The notes under the pieces were generated by a model. The model saw only the letters and a list, made by a program, of their open reading frames with translations. It searched no databases and was not told the DNA's origin. From Zygnema circumcarinatum SAG 698-1b (lineage: Eukaryota > Plantae > Zygnematophyceae): 64,000 nt of DNA. Of this stretch, positions 35,801 through 48,969 are shown piece by piece; position 1 is the first letter of the stretch; every line of letters starts with the position of its first letter. The stretch covers positions 2,976,001 through 3,040,000 of the forward strand of contig CM074813.1 of assembly GCA_037447605.1 (NCBI GenBank). Direction: 5' to 3'. Position numbers and translations under genes: made by a program.

Positions 35801-38800
35801 TTGCTTGGCACAGGTGAAATTGAGGAATTTGGCGCATTCTTGTCGTCTCTCTCTCTCTCTCACTCTTTCCCCCCCCTTCCCTCCCTCGCTCCCTTCCCAT
35901 TCCTTTTCCTCTTCCACTCCCTCTCCCTCTCCCCTTCTCCCCCTCTCCCCATCTCCCCCCTCTCCCCATATCCCCCTCTCCCCCTCTCCCCCTCTTCCCC
36001 TCTCCCCCTCGACCCCTCTCCCCACCTCCCTCTCTCCCTCTCTCCCCCTCTCCNNNNNNNNNNCCCTCCCCCTCTCCCCCTCCCTCCCTCTCTCCCTCTC
36101 TCCCTCCCTCCCTCCTTATCCCACTCACCGGCGAGAGGAGCAGATGCGAGTTGAGGCGGGTCCCGCCCATGAGCGAGAGCGCTGCTCTCAGCCGCCTCGT
36201 CTGCTGCCGAGAGAGCGCCACCTGTCCCCGCCTGACACGTGTCGGAAGCTCCTCCAAAATTCTGCCACGTGGCAGCTACAGAGCCATTGGTAACGTCAGA
36301 TAAAGACAGAAGCGGAACAAGGGCACGCTGGTTTCGCAGAGGGCAAAAACTGAAAACTGAAAGGTCATAGATTTTTCACATAGAAACGCAGTCCTACCTC
36401 TGTGCCATGTCGTCCAGAATTGACGCAATCTCCTCCTTCCTCTCACGGTTCGACGAATAGACGGCTGCCAGGTGGCACCGCGCAGAGTCACGAACAGTGG
36501 GCCAGTCGTCATACGCGAGCTCCAAAAGGCATTCCTGCATTGGTTCATACATAGAACCAAAATAACTATGAAAAGACACACATCTCTCTCTCTCTTTCTC
36601 TCTCTCTCTCCCCCTCGCCGCCGCTCTCTCTCTCTCCCTCTCTGTCTTCCTCCGTCTCTCTCCCTCTCTCTCTCTCCCTCTCTGTCTTCCTCTGTCTCAC
36701 TCTCTCTCTCTCTCCCCCTCTGTCGTCCTCCGTCTCACTCTCTCTCTCTCTCTCTCTGTCATCCTCCGTCCCACTCTCTCTCTCTCTCACACACACTCAC
36801 CAGAAAGAGCGGAATTGCGCCTTGCAGCACCACTCTGCAGGAGGAGAGCAGCCGCCCGCACAGCTCTCCCACCGCCTCTCTCACAGCGGGAGGCCCCTTC
36901 TCACAGAGCTGCTCCCACATGGGACCCCGTTAAACGGATTCCGTAGTCAGAAAAGAGACATGGAACGGCCTCCTCTCAGACCTCTCTCCACTGCAGAAAC
37001 CCATCTCTCTCGTCGTTCTCCAAACCCCCTCTGAACCCTGACAATGTCAACATGCCTTCAACTCTGAACCGAAGACCTACCAGAGGGAGGGAATCTCGCA
37101 GGAGAGCTGAAACCCTCTCAGCAGTCTCCGCCACCCAAGCTTCATCTCTCTCCACACGCAGACGCCTTCCTCCTCCTCCTCCTCTCCCTCCTCTCCCTCC
37201 TTTCTCTTCTCCTCCCTCACTTCCTCTCCCGTTCTTCCCTTCCCTCCCTTCTCCTTCCACCTCTCCTCTCTCTTCTACTCCCTCTCCTCTCCCTCCTCCT
37301 CCAACCTCTCCTCTCTCTTGTACTCCCTCTCCTCTCCCTCCTCCAACCTCTCCTCTCTCTTCTACTCCCTCTAGTCTCCCTCCTCCTCCAACCTCTCCTC
37401 TCTCTTCTCCTCCCACTCCTCTCCCTCCTCCTCCAACCTCTCCTCTCTCTTCTCCTCCCACTCCTCTCCCTCCTCCTCCAACCTCTCCTCTCTCTTCTCC
37501 TCCCACTCCTCTCCCTCCTCCTCCAACCTCTCCTCTCTCTTCTCCTCCCACTCCTCTCCCTCCTCCTCCAACCTCTCCTCTCTCTTCTCCTCCCACTCCT
37601 CTCCCTCCTCCTCCAACCTCTCCTCTCTCTTCTCCTCCCACTCCTCTCCCTCCTCCTCCAACCTCTCCTCTCTCTTCACCTCCATCCGCTCCACTCCCAA
37701 GCTTCCTCATCGCCTCCAAAACCGCTTCCGCAGAGCTCTGCGATTCCGGCAGCCATGGCTGCCTCCCTCCCTCTCCCTCCCACTTCCCACTACTTCCAAG
37801 CCTCTGCTGAAATCTCCTGCCCACAACAAAAGAACACCTGGAATCCGCCAGGACAAATTCCAGGAGATCTGCTGTAGCAGCTACAGCCTCCGCAACCGCT
37901 CTGCTGCTGCTACCTGCCGCGGTTGTAGCCCAGGCAGAGGCTGCGGCTCTGCCAGGTGGCAGGCTTTGACTGGCTGTCCCGCGTGCAGGAGCCAGCGTGG
38001 CTTTGACCAATCCTGACGCGACACCTGGCAGGAAGAACGCGAGAGCGTCTGCATCTCTCACCTGCAAATTTTTGGAAACAAAACTTGAAACTCTTCGTGA
38101 GCATGGAACTGTTCCGTTCTACAGAACAGGAAAGCATGGCATGGAGCTTCTGTTCTGTACGGGTGGCAGAATATGAAAGGTTATATGATGAGGTAGAGAA
38201 GTCCATTGAAGAAAATGGACGTAATTTACCTTATTGAGGAGACATCTGATGGTAGAAATCGCAGAAATCCGTAACTCTCGACTGCCTCTTTGACCCGCAG
38301 AGGCTTCCTCTTGTGCTATCTGTGGATAAGTTTCAGGAGAAAACAACAGAATCTCAAAAAAACTACTCTAACGACGGAAGAAGGAAGTCAAAAGCAAAAA
38401 TGGAATAACAACAATAAATTAAAGAAATGAATAAGAAGGGGAGAATTTATACCTGCAACAGGAGGGAGAAAAGATGCCCCACAGTGGCTGCCATAGTCTC
38501 CATGCGCAGTGCCTTTACAGGGCAGTTTAACGGACCGGAACTGAACAGAACGGCCGTTGGCTGCGACGGACTGTTGTGAGCAACGGACTGTTCTCCGTTC
38601 AGTTCCAGCATAGAACAGTTGCAGCCTGCTTGACCGCAGGACTGAAGTGCGTTGACGAGAGCATGCAGACAGCCAACGGCTTCTTTGCGAAACTCCTCCG
38701 AAGCCGCCGAGCGAGACAACATTGCTGCCGGAATGAGACGGCGAAGAAGGGATTCCATCTGGAAAATAACAAAGAAGATTTGCTTGAATAAGCAAAATTG

Positions 38801-40395
38801 AAGGAATTGAGTACAAAACTATAAAAAAACAAACAATTCCCTCACTCACTCTCTCTTTTCCCCCGCCTCTCTCACTCTCTTTCTCTCTCTCTTCTCTCTC
38901 GCTCTCATAGCACGAGAGTGGCTCACACCTGATCTGAGGAGCGGAGAGGGTGTTGCTGGATGGCTACGTTTAAGCAGTGCAGAGCAGCTTCTGCCAGCAT
39001 CTCATTAGAGCCCAAAAGTGGCATTTTTTCGGCTGAAAATTCGCCCCCTTTCGAATTTATTTGAGGGCTTCGAGCCGCCAGGGCCACATCCACTATCAGT
39101 AGCAGCGGAAATATTGCATAGCTGCATCCCCCCCCAAGTTGGACCCCAAGCTTCGAATTCAAGTTCTACTATGTGGGTGGTCATGATGTGGTAGAGAGAG
39201 AAAGCGAGAGAGAGAGAGAGAGAGGAGAGGAGGGGAGAGGGAGACGATGCACGATTTGCAAGCCAATGGTTCCATGCCGGACGTCAATCAGTTAAGGTTA
39301 AAATACATTATGCATGTGCATACACATCATTAACAATGTGCCTCTTTAGTTCACCTCACGATGCAATGACCTTCTTAGTATCGATTCAGCCCCACCCCTA
39401 TCCACAACAAGTTTCACTCTCCTTCACAAATTTCCCCTTCTTTTGCATCGAATATCAAGCAAAACTCACCAAAACCAAAACAGACTTACAGTTGACGATT
39501 AATAAGCTGGCTACTACATGCAACATTCAAATCACCATTTTCTGAAAAGACAAAAAACTCACTCAAAGCAAGCTGCAAGCCCCCCTTCTCCCACCTCCCG
39601 CAGTGCCCCCTCCAGCCCCCTTATAGCTGCCAGTTGGCGCTTGGGAGCCATGGCGCTTTCCAGGAGCTCCACACAATGCGGCCGTAGAGCAAAGAAAGCC
39701 ATTCTTCCCTCCTCTTCTCTCGTCCTCAACCCTAAATCCTCCTCTCTCGCTACCTCCTCCCCCGCTCCTCTCCTCCTGAACCCTAATTCCTCCTCGCTCT
39801 CTCTCTCCTCCCCCTCTTCTCTCCTCCTGAACCCTAATTCCTCCTCGCTCTCTCTCTCCTCCCCCTCTTCTCTCCTCCTGAACCCTAATTCCTCCTCGCT
39901 CTCTCTCTCCTCCCCCTCTTCTCTCCTCCTGAACCCTAATTCCTCCTCTTTCTCTCTCTCCTCTTCCTCTTCTCTCCTCATGAACCCTAATTCCTCCTCC
40001 ACCTCCTCTTCGTCCTCTCGTCTGAACCCTAATCCCACATGTTTCTCTCCTCCCTCCTCACTTCTGAACTCTAAGCCCTCCGCTGTTTCCTTCTCTTCCG
40101 TATTCCAGAACCCTGAACCCTCCTCTCCTGCTTCATTCCAAAACTCTAGACGCTCCTCCCCTATCATCCCAAACCCTAAATCCTTCTCCTCCTCGTCCTC
40201 CTGCCAAAACTCAAAACCCTCCCCCTGCTCCACCTCGTCCTCACCCCCCTTTTTCTCAACCCTCACACTCCCGTCTCCCCCTCTCTCTCCCCCTCTCTCT
40301 CCACTCTCTCCTCCTCTCTCACCTCCGCTCCTCAGCTTCCCCTCCTGCTCCCTCCAGCTGTCATCCATGATTGCTGCAGCAAAAAGAGGCTTCAT
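30034..40395 (-). CDS. TTI1: TELO2-interacting protein 1 (TTT complex HEAT-repeat subunit), about 17 exons
   Basis: FFALRPHCVELL..LAACFE|YAIFPLLLIVD, SEEFRKEAVGCLHAL, AQRGSRELRISAISTI, DALAFFLPGVASGLVK, LRVERDEAWVAETAERV, LECLLELAYDDW-like motif, IAANADHVVELLCRGLRH, NRLLPRVHFLWPYL, SGGSFVARRIRDDLWP, LANLDADSIWLLLTDL. Start ATG at 40395 or 40368. The C-terminus needs a frame change inside the GAGAGG repeat to reach the stop at 30034. Confidence 0.88.
33260..33438 (+). repeat. (CTGAA)n pentanucleotide microsatellite at the 5' end of a TTI1 intron
   Basis: About 35 CTGAA/CTGGA units. Confidence 0.95.
37260..37680 (-). repeat. 45-bp coding tandem repeat in TTI1 (GGEERGEVGGGGRGV)
   Basis: About 9 copies, in frame between conserved TTI1 motifs of ORF 36976-38067. 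Confidence 0.9.
39720..40035 (-). repeat. 51-bp coding tandem repeat in TTI1 exon 1 (EEELGFRRREEGEERES)
   Basis: About 7 copies, each containing AACCCTAA on the + strand. Confidence 0.85.
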
Positions 40396-40722
40396 AGACA
40401 GCGGAGCAGAGCACTGCGGGAGGCCATTGCCGCCCTCTCCCTTCTCTCTTGCTCTCTCCTTCCACTCGGAGACCTCCACCCTGCACACGTCAGCCCTAAA
40501 ATTCACAACCCTAAAAAATCTGCAAAGCAAAATAGCTTCAGTACACTGCACTCAGCCGTCCTACCTGCATACGTCAGCCCTAACTTTTTAGTCTCAGAGT
40601 TTCCGCGTCCTTCTCTCCCCCCCTCTATCTTCGCTCTGCTCTCTCTCCCTTCTCAATTGCTTCTCTCCTTCTCTTCGACAAGACTGCGCCTCCTATTTGA
40701 ATTCCCTTTGAAGGCATCCGCC

Positions 40723-41316
40723 ATGGCTTCTAAGCGCCCTCTCCTCTCGGCTTCTAGAGCTTTCCTCCGCGGCCACTTGGCGCAACCCCAGGGCTTCCCT
40801 GCCTCTCTTTCTTCTCCTCCCTCTCCCACGGCCTCCCACCCCTTCTTCCAAGTCCTCCCCAAAAGCTTATCACCTTCCAAATCTCAAATTTCCCACTTCT
40901 CCACCGCAAAGATATTCACAGAAATGGCCCTTTCTAGCTCTCAAGCAAACAGAAGCGTTCATTATATTCCAATGTTACAGGAAAGATGCATTTCAGTTCA
41001 CTCGTTCAGACCCTTTTCAACTTATTCAGGAGAGCCTCTCGACATCATTTCTGCGGAGGAGCTCCGCCGGGTAATCGATGATTTGAATGAGAAATTTGCG
41101 GAAGCGAGGGAGGAGATTGAATCTGCTTCTGAATCAAAGGAAACCGTTTATTTCAACGAGGAGGCGACTGTTGCAAGAGAATGTGTCGAGTTTGTTTTAA
41201 AGAAGTATCGAGACACTTTATCTCGTCTCGGAGAAACGGAGAAGGGAGCGCTGCAGCGATCTATGGGCATGAAAATGGAGCAACTGAAAGCAGAACTGGA
41301 GCAATTGAATGAGTGA
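40723..41316 (+). CDS. Intronless 'embryogenesis-like protein' family member, probable organellar transit peptide
   Basis: C-terminal domain IDDLNEKFAEAREEIESASESKETVYFNEEA...ALQRSMGMKMEQLKAELEQLNE recognised from the plant family. The N-terminus is Ser/Arg-rich and poor in acidic residues. Confidence 0.82.
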   Translation: MASKRPLLSASRAFLRGHLAQPQGFPASLSSPPSPTASHPFFQVLPKSLSPSKSQISHFSTAKIFTEMALSSSQANRSVHYIPMLQERCISVHSFRPFSTYSGEPLDIISAEELRRVIDDLNEKFAEAREEIESASESKETVYFNEEATVARECVEFVLKKYRDTLSRLGETEKGALQRSMGMKMEQLKAELEQLNE

Positions 41317-43360
41317 GCATGGAATTTGCGCATGGAAATACATTTTTGCAAAGAATTGCTGTGGGGGGGTGCGGTTGGGGCTAAGATCCTTTAGGTTTAG
41401 GCTTTTAGGACCCCTTGAATTTTTTTCTAAATTTTTTCAAGGGCTTTTACTCCAGTTGTATGGTTTTTCTGGGGCTCAACAGATGGGTTTTCTGGGGTCC
41501 TCGAGATGTTCATTTAGGATTTTTGTTTTTTATGTTTTTTGTTCAAGGAATGGATTAGGAGTATAAACGAGGGTTCAAATGAATGGGAACTCTCTCTGTC
41601 TACCTCTCTCCCTTTCTCCCCACCTCTCCCCTACACTCCCACCCACCCCCCCTCCCTCTCCCGCTCCCTCTCTCTCTCCCTCTCTCTCTCTCCCCCACTC
41701 TCCCCCACTCTCCCCCTCTCTCCCCCTCTCTTCCCCCCTCTCACCCCCTCTCCACCCAACTCCTCCCCTCTCCCTCTTCCTCTCCCGCCCTCCCTCTCCC
41801 GTTCCCTCTCTCTCTCCCTCTCTCTCTATCTCTCCCCCTCTCTCCCCCTCTCTCCCTCTTTCGTCCTCCCTCTCGCCCCCTCTCCCTTTCTCTCTCCTCT
41901 CCCTCTTCGTCTCTCCGACCCCCACTCCCTCTTTGTGCTAGGTGCTAGTGGAGAGAGCTAAAGGAAGGTTTCGTTACTGTTAAGTGGACTTTTTGCAGAA
42001 ATTACGGTTTGCTTTGTATGTGCAAATATCAATCCAGTTTTGCGGAATTATGGTACAAATAATGTTAGACGACAAGCAGAGCACATTTTTTTAGCAAGGA
42101 GGACGTTTGTACTCATAGCAGATGGAGTTTCATTCTCTTCCTTCTGAATGTCCTCCTTGCACCTGTTTTCGCCTTTTTTCTTTGTGTTTGTTACTAATTC
42201 TCCACCTTCTGCAATTCAGCCACTTCTTTCTTATTCGTTGGACTGCAGTTATTTTGACCATTTTGTTTACAGAAGCTTTGCCGATACATTACCCGTTGTC
42301 CGGATCGAGTAAGCAATTAATCGCTGAAATAGCGTCTTCAAAATTTAGTAAACGTAGAAACCACATTCTGAACTTTCCTGATAAGTTAGAAAGGTTACTC
42401 GACCGGTGGGGCAGTCGGTCGATTCCATACATTGCACATATTAATAAAAAAAAAAAAGGGATTCATAAATCGATAGAAACTGCATCTCAGAATTCACCTG
42501 TTGCGATTTCCAAGCCTGGTTTTCCATTAGCTTTTAAAATGTGTGTCAAACTGAACTGGGTTTTCACTTTAAAGTTAAGGCTTTGGGTTCAGAAGTTCGG
42601 CACAGTTGGGTGCAGACATCTTCCTCATCTGCCCACCCAAGGGTCTGCAAAGAACTCCAAGCTTTATTATCATATATTCACTCACTTTCAGACTTTCTAC
42701 AAAGATCTTTTTTCGGCTTTAGAGCACATTTAGCTCGCTTAGCCCCAAACCTTTCTAACCATACACATTCTATCGCTCCTCTGAACCCTTCCACCGATCC
42801 AAATACCCTTCTCCTTCCGAACATTCAAACCAATCACCCCTATATATAAAGACCCAAAACCCACATGGGTTTTTCCCACTTCTATGCACAGCTCTGCTAT
42901 TGGCAGCAGAAATCAAATTTATTTTCCTTTGTAAGGAATGGAACCTCACTCCATTTTCCAAAGTGATGTAACCAGCGACAATGGACGATGTAGAAAGTGT
43001 CTTCCACAATATGTCGCCGAAGTAGACCCTGCCGGCCGGCCATCCTTATTGAAAAAAAGCCAAAGATCTTATGTAGGCCGGTCTGTCTGGTCTTTTTCTC
43101 TAACTTACAAGTTGAAACCGAAACATGTTCAAAACACAAACTGATCAGTTCCGTTCGTCGTTCGAAGTCCAACAGCCCATGTCACATGGAACCTGCTCTC
43201 TCCCTCTTGAGAGAACCTTGAGACCCCTTCTCCGCTTCTTCTCTCCCAACCCTTTGGGACCTACTTCACACTTTCGCTTTGTGTTCACATTGAGAAATTC
43301 ACAATATCGACCCGTCCCTCCCTCCCTCCCTCTCTCCCTCCCTCCGTCCCTACACTATCA

Positions 43361-43773
43361 CTAAGCTCTTCCCTCGGGCTCGCGGAGAACCCTAAAAACC
43401 ACATTATGGCCCGAGAGGACCTGCATGCCCTTCCTGCCCACAGTCATCTCCTCAAAAATCTCTCCCGTGACGAGAGGGCACGAGCAGACTTCCAGAATTC
43501 GGAGACGAGGGCAGGCAGAGGCGACAGCTGTCATCGCCCGATTGGTGAGTTGGTCGCACCAGCCGAAGCCAACTTGCTCAAGGCGAGGGCAGAGGGCGGC
43601 TATTGCTTCCACTGTCTCATCCGTTAAGTTTCTGAAAGAGGGGAGAGAGAGAGATGGGGGGTCAGACAGGACAGGAGGTATGGGAGGGAGAGAGGAGTGG
43701 AAACAGGATAGGAGGGGTGGATGAGAAGGAGAGAGGAGCGTCAGCAAGAGAGCGGGGGGGAAGAGAGAGAGAA

Positions 43774-43807
<34 letters not shown>

Positions 43808-46800
43808 TGCATGAGGGGGGGAAAACTAGTGCCAGTTCACTTTCCCACCCCTCGTTTTCCCCTGTCGCCTCTTTTCCCAACTCTTCCTTTTTAACCCCCC
43901 TCGCCCCCATTTCCCTTCACCATTACTCCCATTGAGCTCACCTCAAGTAATTGAGGTCCAACATCCGCAGATTCGGACAATTTCTCACAAACTCCACCAA
44001 CTCTTCATTTAAATCCACAAAAGTCTCCGTTTCCGGTCCATCCAACCGCACATCGACTAAGTTCGCACCACGTGACCTCAGTATAGCCAACATCCCCTTC
44101 GCATGTCGAGAATTCGAGTCCTCAGTTCCGTTCTGTTCCATTTTCTCACATGCGATCGCAGACACTAACTCTCCCTCCCCCTCAACTCCTTCCATTCTGA
44201 AAGAGCCCATATGCCCCTCCCATTCAATCTCCATAAACTCTCCCACTCCCTCCTCAGTAGTTTTGGGGTTTTCCAAGCCCCCATAACACCCAGAACTCTC
44301 CAGAAAATTAGGGCTTCCGCAGCTTTCTACATCATTCTGGGGTGCTGCCATGAGGCCTTCTGTCACATCATCCGTTCCAATATCCACTAGGGATAGCCCT
44401 ACACCACACAGATTTGGGCACGTGGCAATCAGGGAGGCCAGGCCACTTGGCGACAGCCCATTGGCTCGGGCGAGGCTGCGGTGTCCGGCTACAGTGAGGC
44501 GGGTAAGGTGTGGAAGTCGGCCGGCGATTACTTGCAGCGCAAAATCCGTTACAGCGGAATTTTTTAGACTGAGCATGGTGATACTCGAGCATGTAGACAC
44601 CAGGGCTTCAAGGCCATGATCAGTAACGGAGGTGTAGTCAGCACGCAACTCCATCAGACCCCTGCACAGCATGAAGGAGAGCAGGATGAGGATATAACCA
44701 AGGAGCATCTTGTCACTCTCTGTCGCACTAGGCCCTCTCTCGTTTCTTGTCAGCTACTACTTGTTCCTCCCTCCCATCCCCTCCCCTCCCGCGCCTCCCT
44801 CTCCCCCCTCCCCTCCCCTTCCACGCCACCCTCTCAACCCCTCCCTCCGCTCCTCTCACCCTCCCTATCTCCTCCCCCCTCCCCTCTCGCACCTCCCTCC
44901 CCCCCTTTCCCCCCCCCTTCCACGCCTCCCTCTCCCCCCTTCCCTCCCCTCCCCCTCCCTTTCCTTCCCTCCCCTCCCGAACCTCCCTCCCCTCCTCTCC
45001 CCTCCCCTCCCACGCCTCCCTCTTTCCTCCTCCCCTCCCCCTCCCTCTCTTCCCCTCCCTCTCCTTCCCTCCCCTCCTCTCCCACGCCTCCCTCTTTCCT
45101 CCTCCCCTCCCTCTTCTTCCCTCCCCTCCTCTCCCCTCCCCTCCCACGCCTCCCTCTTTCCTCCCCCCTCCCTCCCCTCCTCCCCTCCCCTCCCACGCCT
45201 CCCTCTCCCCCCTCCCCTCCCCTCCCCCTCCCTCTCCCTCCCTCCCCTCCCGCACCTCCCTCTCCCCTCCTCCCTCCGCACCTGCAGTGTTCCCCCAGCG
45301 CCCGCAGACTCCCGTCAGTGACAGCGCAGGCGGAGATGTCGAGCACTTTCAGGCCCGGGCAGGACCTCGCCAGAGCCTCCACGTCAGCATCGCTCAGCCA
45401 CGGATTGTCGCCCAGGTCCACCTGCACCAGCCGCTTCAAGCGGGGCACCACCTGAACCCCACAAAAAATAAAGGCCCCCAAAACCCCCCCATTTAATCAG
45501 CCTCCCTCTCACTGGTTTCCTTTGCTTCTAACTTCCTTTGGGACCTTTTGAGGCTCTATACGACAACCAGAGTTTTGAAGAATTTGATAGGGAATTTTCT
45601 GAAGGTTTTCTGCACTGCTCACCTGTCGGAGAGCCCCTGGGAAATTATTACATCGGAGGGTCAAGTCCTGCAGATTTGTGAGCGCAGAAAGCGACAAAAG
45701 AGATTCAGTTCCCACGCCACAGTCCGCCACGTTGAGCCTGGTGAGACCCGTTCCATGTGTCGCCAGTCCCTTCATTACAATCGCGGTTTCGTTCCGTGAA
45801 ATACAACTGCATAGATACAACGGACCATCTCAGTTCCAGTTCCAAATCCCCAAAATCTGCAAACATGGAAGCAAGGAAAGCTCGAAAGCAAAAAAAAAAT
45901 GAAAAAATGAGAATTTGTGAGCTTCTGATTGGCCAAACCTGTCCAGATTGAGTGCCCGAAGCTCCGGGCAGCTCCGCAAAACTTTCAGAACGGCTTCTCC
46001 GCTCAGTCCCCGGCATTCCGTCAAGTCCAATTCCCGGAGCGCCGGGCAGCTCTGCGCCAAAACGTCCAAAGTTTCGCTGCCCAGAACGGCCACGCTGGGC
46101 TCCGCGCGCAAGAAAAGTGGCTGCTCGCCCCCAAAAGAAAAAATGGCAGCCAATCAGGACCAGCAAAACTGACTAGAGAATCCCCGAGACCTGACCCCAA
46201 AAAAAAAAAATGAGGGACAGGACTAAAAAGAGAATTTACCTGCACGGTGAGGCTCCGAAGCCGCGAAAGATGACGTAGCGCTGACCTCAGCGCTTCATCG
46301 ATTGGTCCCCTGACGTCAGGAAGCTCCAGACGCTCGACACGTGGACAGTTCTCTCCAATCACCTTCAAGGAGGCGGCAGTGCTTTGTCGTATGCGGAGGC
46401 TCCTGAGAGAAGGTCCAGCCATGGCTGTCACCTTCTCCACCAGCTTGTCCTGCACTTTGCTGGGCAAGCCCTGCAGGAATCAAAGGAGGAAAAAGGGGTT
46501 AAATAAAGATTAAATGTCAGAATTGGGCACGTAAATGTAAATTGAAGGAATCGAATTGAGGGGGCAAAGACTAACGGTAAAATTCATTTCATATGGGAAA
46601 GTATTTTTCACCTGTGGGCCTTCGAAGTAATCGAGGGTCGCGTACATGGCGAAGCCCTGACTCCATTCGTCGGCATCGACTTCAGAGAAGCAGGAAGGAA
46701 GCCTGAAATAAATAAAATAAAATAAAATAAGATAAAAAAACCTAAAGGGAAAACAACCCATTTCAGAAATATCCAAAAACCGAGGCCCCAAAAAACCCAA

Positions 46801-47358
46801 TTCACGAAACACAGAGTTTTAAGTTTTACATTATTTATTGAAGTCAAGAAAGGAAAGAGAAAAAAAATCGTACCGGGCAGCGTCCTGCCATCCGTGGCAG
46901 ACGAGAGGCACTGACAAAATTCTCTCCTCCACAGGCAGGAACGAAAAAATATGGGCCAAAATGTCCGCCGGCAAACCCTCCCAAAAATTACAGTCCTCAA
47001 TCCCCCAGCCCTTCATCGCCCCATCTCTCGCTCCGTACATCGAAGCGTCGCCGAAAGGAGAGAGAGAGGAAAAGGCCTCCATAAAGTCACTTTTCTGCGC
47101 CATCTCCGCCTCCAGAAGAGGGAGGGAGGAGACGGAGGAGGAGCCTGCCAGGTGGCGCGCTCTCAGGCTGCCGAAGGAGAGCCCCCTCTTCATGGTTGAG
47201 GGAGGCGGCGCGAGAGGTCCGGCCAGACTTGGGTGACTTGACTGAATTGGCTGACTAGAGCGGGGGCTGCCGGGATAGAGCAGCCCTGCGAAGCGGAGGA
47301 GGAGCTCGTCGCCTTGCGAGTCCAAGTGGGGAGGCCGCGGCTTGGGAGGGGGCTCCAT
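43361..47358 (-). CDS. F-box/LRR (RNI-like) protein, about 8 exons
   Basis: F-box [38 protein letters not shown], followed by cysteine-containing LRRs ([61 protein letters not shown]). Stop at 43361. Confidence 0.88.
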
Positions 47359-48318
47359 TGCGCAGAGCGGGAGAGGGAGTGAGGGAGAGAGGGAGGCAAC
47401 AGGAGGGAGGGAGGAGGGGAGGGGAGGGAGGGAGAGGGAGGGAGGAAGGAGGGAGGAAGGAGGGAGGAAGGAGGGAGGGAGAAGGACGGAGAGGGAGAGA
47501 GGGAAGGAGGGCGAGGGAGGGAGGTGGCGAAATTCCTGAGGATGGAACCGCCGGGCCTCTGAAGGGGCGGAGGGGGGAGCTTTCTTGAGGACGCCGGAAC
47601 GGCTTGGCCTCCGTGCTCACCGGATCGCCGTCCGTCACACGTGTAATAGATAAATCGGACGGTCACAAGGTCGCGCTGCCAGAATCAGTTCGACGGCGCG
47701 CGAGAGACTTATGCACGTTGAAAGAATCCGTACCTGATCGCACGTCTCTTGACGCAAACTGGAATTGAAGGCAGGTGACCGGAGTACGGGTTCTGCATTT
47801 AGGTGGATTTTTGCTGACTGTTCAGGGTGATAAAAAGTGTCGGCGGCCACGCGGCAACGGTGAGGCGGCTCTAGGTTTTGAAATCGCAAATGGACGGTCT
47901 AGATTTCACAAGCGTCAGATCGAACGGCGCCGATCCCGCGCCAGGCTGGTCCGGCGGCTGAGGGTTGGGAGGTTGCGCCGACAGCTCCATGCTGGCTCGC
48001 TGTTCGAAAACGAGTCCAATACTTTTTCACATAACTGTAACTACATAGAAAACATTGATCTATGGTATTGATAGCCGTCAAATGGTCTATCTTGTGGCAC
48101 GTGTCAGCAACGGACCAATCACATGGCAGGTACATGTTTTTTCAAATGTTGCCGGCACCTGAAACTTTTTTTTGGGCTGCCCGTCGCGGTGCTGATATCT
48201 TCCGAATGGCCCTGAAAATTTTCACTACCGACAAAATCGACGCGATGGCGTGTCGACGTGGGCTGTCAGAGCTTCCGCCCAATTGCGTGCGAGCGGTGGC
48301 GCGTTTTATTGGCCGTCC

Positions 48319-48502
48319 GTACATTTCCGACGTGGCAGACACGGCTTCCGCGCTGGACGCGGTGAATAAGTGGCGGGAGGGACTGTACGAACAAGGTGTA
48401 CGGTCACGTTGTTTGGGAGTGAGTGGTCGGCCGTACATATGTCTACGAATAACAGTTACATGTACAGTACCGTAGGGAAAATCCGTCCAGTGCGACACGT
48501 AC
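48319..48502. promoter_or_regulatory. Cluster of 7 GTAC cores upstream of the F-box gene
   Basis: GTAC at 48319, 48385, 48398, 48433, 48462, 48467, 48499. Confidence 0.3.
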
Positions 48503-48615
48503 CGTTACGCAACCTCTGCGTGATCGGTTTTAGTTAGTTTTAGTCAGCGTTGGACTGACAGTTTAGCTTTTCTCTGTAGGTAAGTTTAGCGTGGTTTGGT
48601 TTGTTTCGGCACATG

Positions 48616-48677
48616 CGCCATGTGCCATGTGCCATGTGCCATGTGCCATGTGCCATGTGCCATGTGCCATGTCCATG
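48616..48677 (+). repeat. (GCCATGT)n heptamer microsatellite
   Basis: About 8 tandem units. Confidence 0.9.
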
Positions 48678-48969
48678 TTGCCATGCTTTGTTCAACAAAC
48701 ATATCCAACACGGAACACTTCCCCAGAACGCCATCTCACGATTTGTTTCCGTTACAACTTCAAACTGTATAGTACAATGAAATGATAGTCAAGGCTGACC
48801 AAATGCTACTTACTGTACAAGGAAATTAGCTTGACCATAAACCAGTGACTTGACCAGCTTGAGCCGCCTTCCCTTTGAACCTCGCACACTACCTATACAC
48901 ATGAATCGCATGATGAGACGTTCACATGAACAACATGTTAAGCACATGGCAAGCACGCATGTGCCATGT

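Noticed and set aside
42122-43364. ORFs between the embryogenesis-like and F-box genes
   Set aside because: No recognisable homology or exon structure; likely UTR or intergenic sequence.
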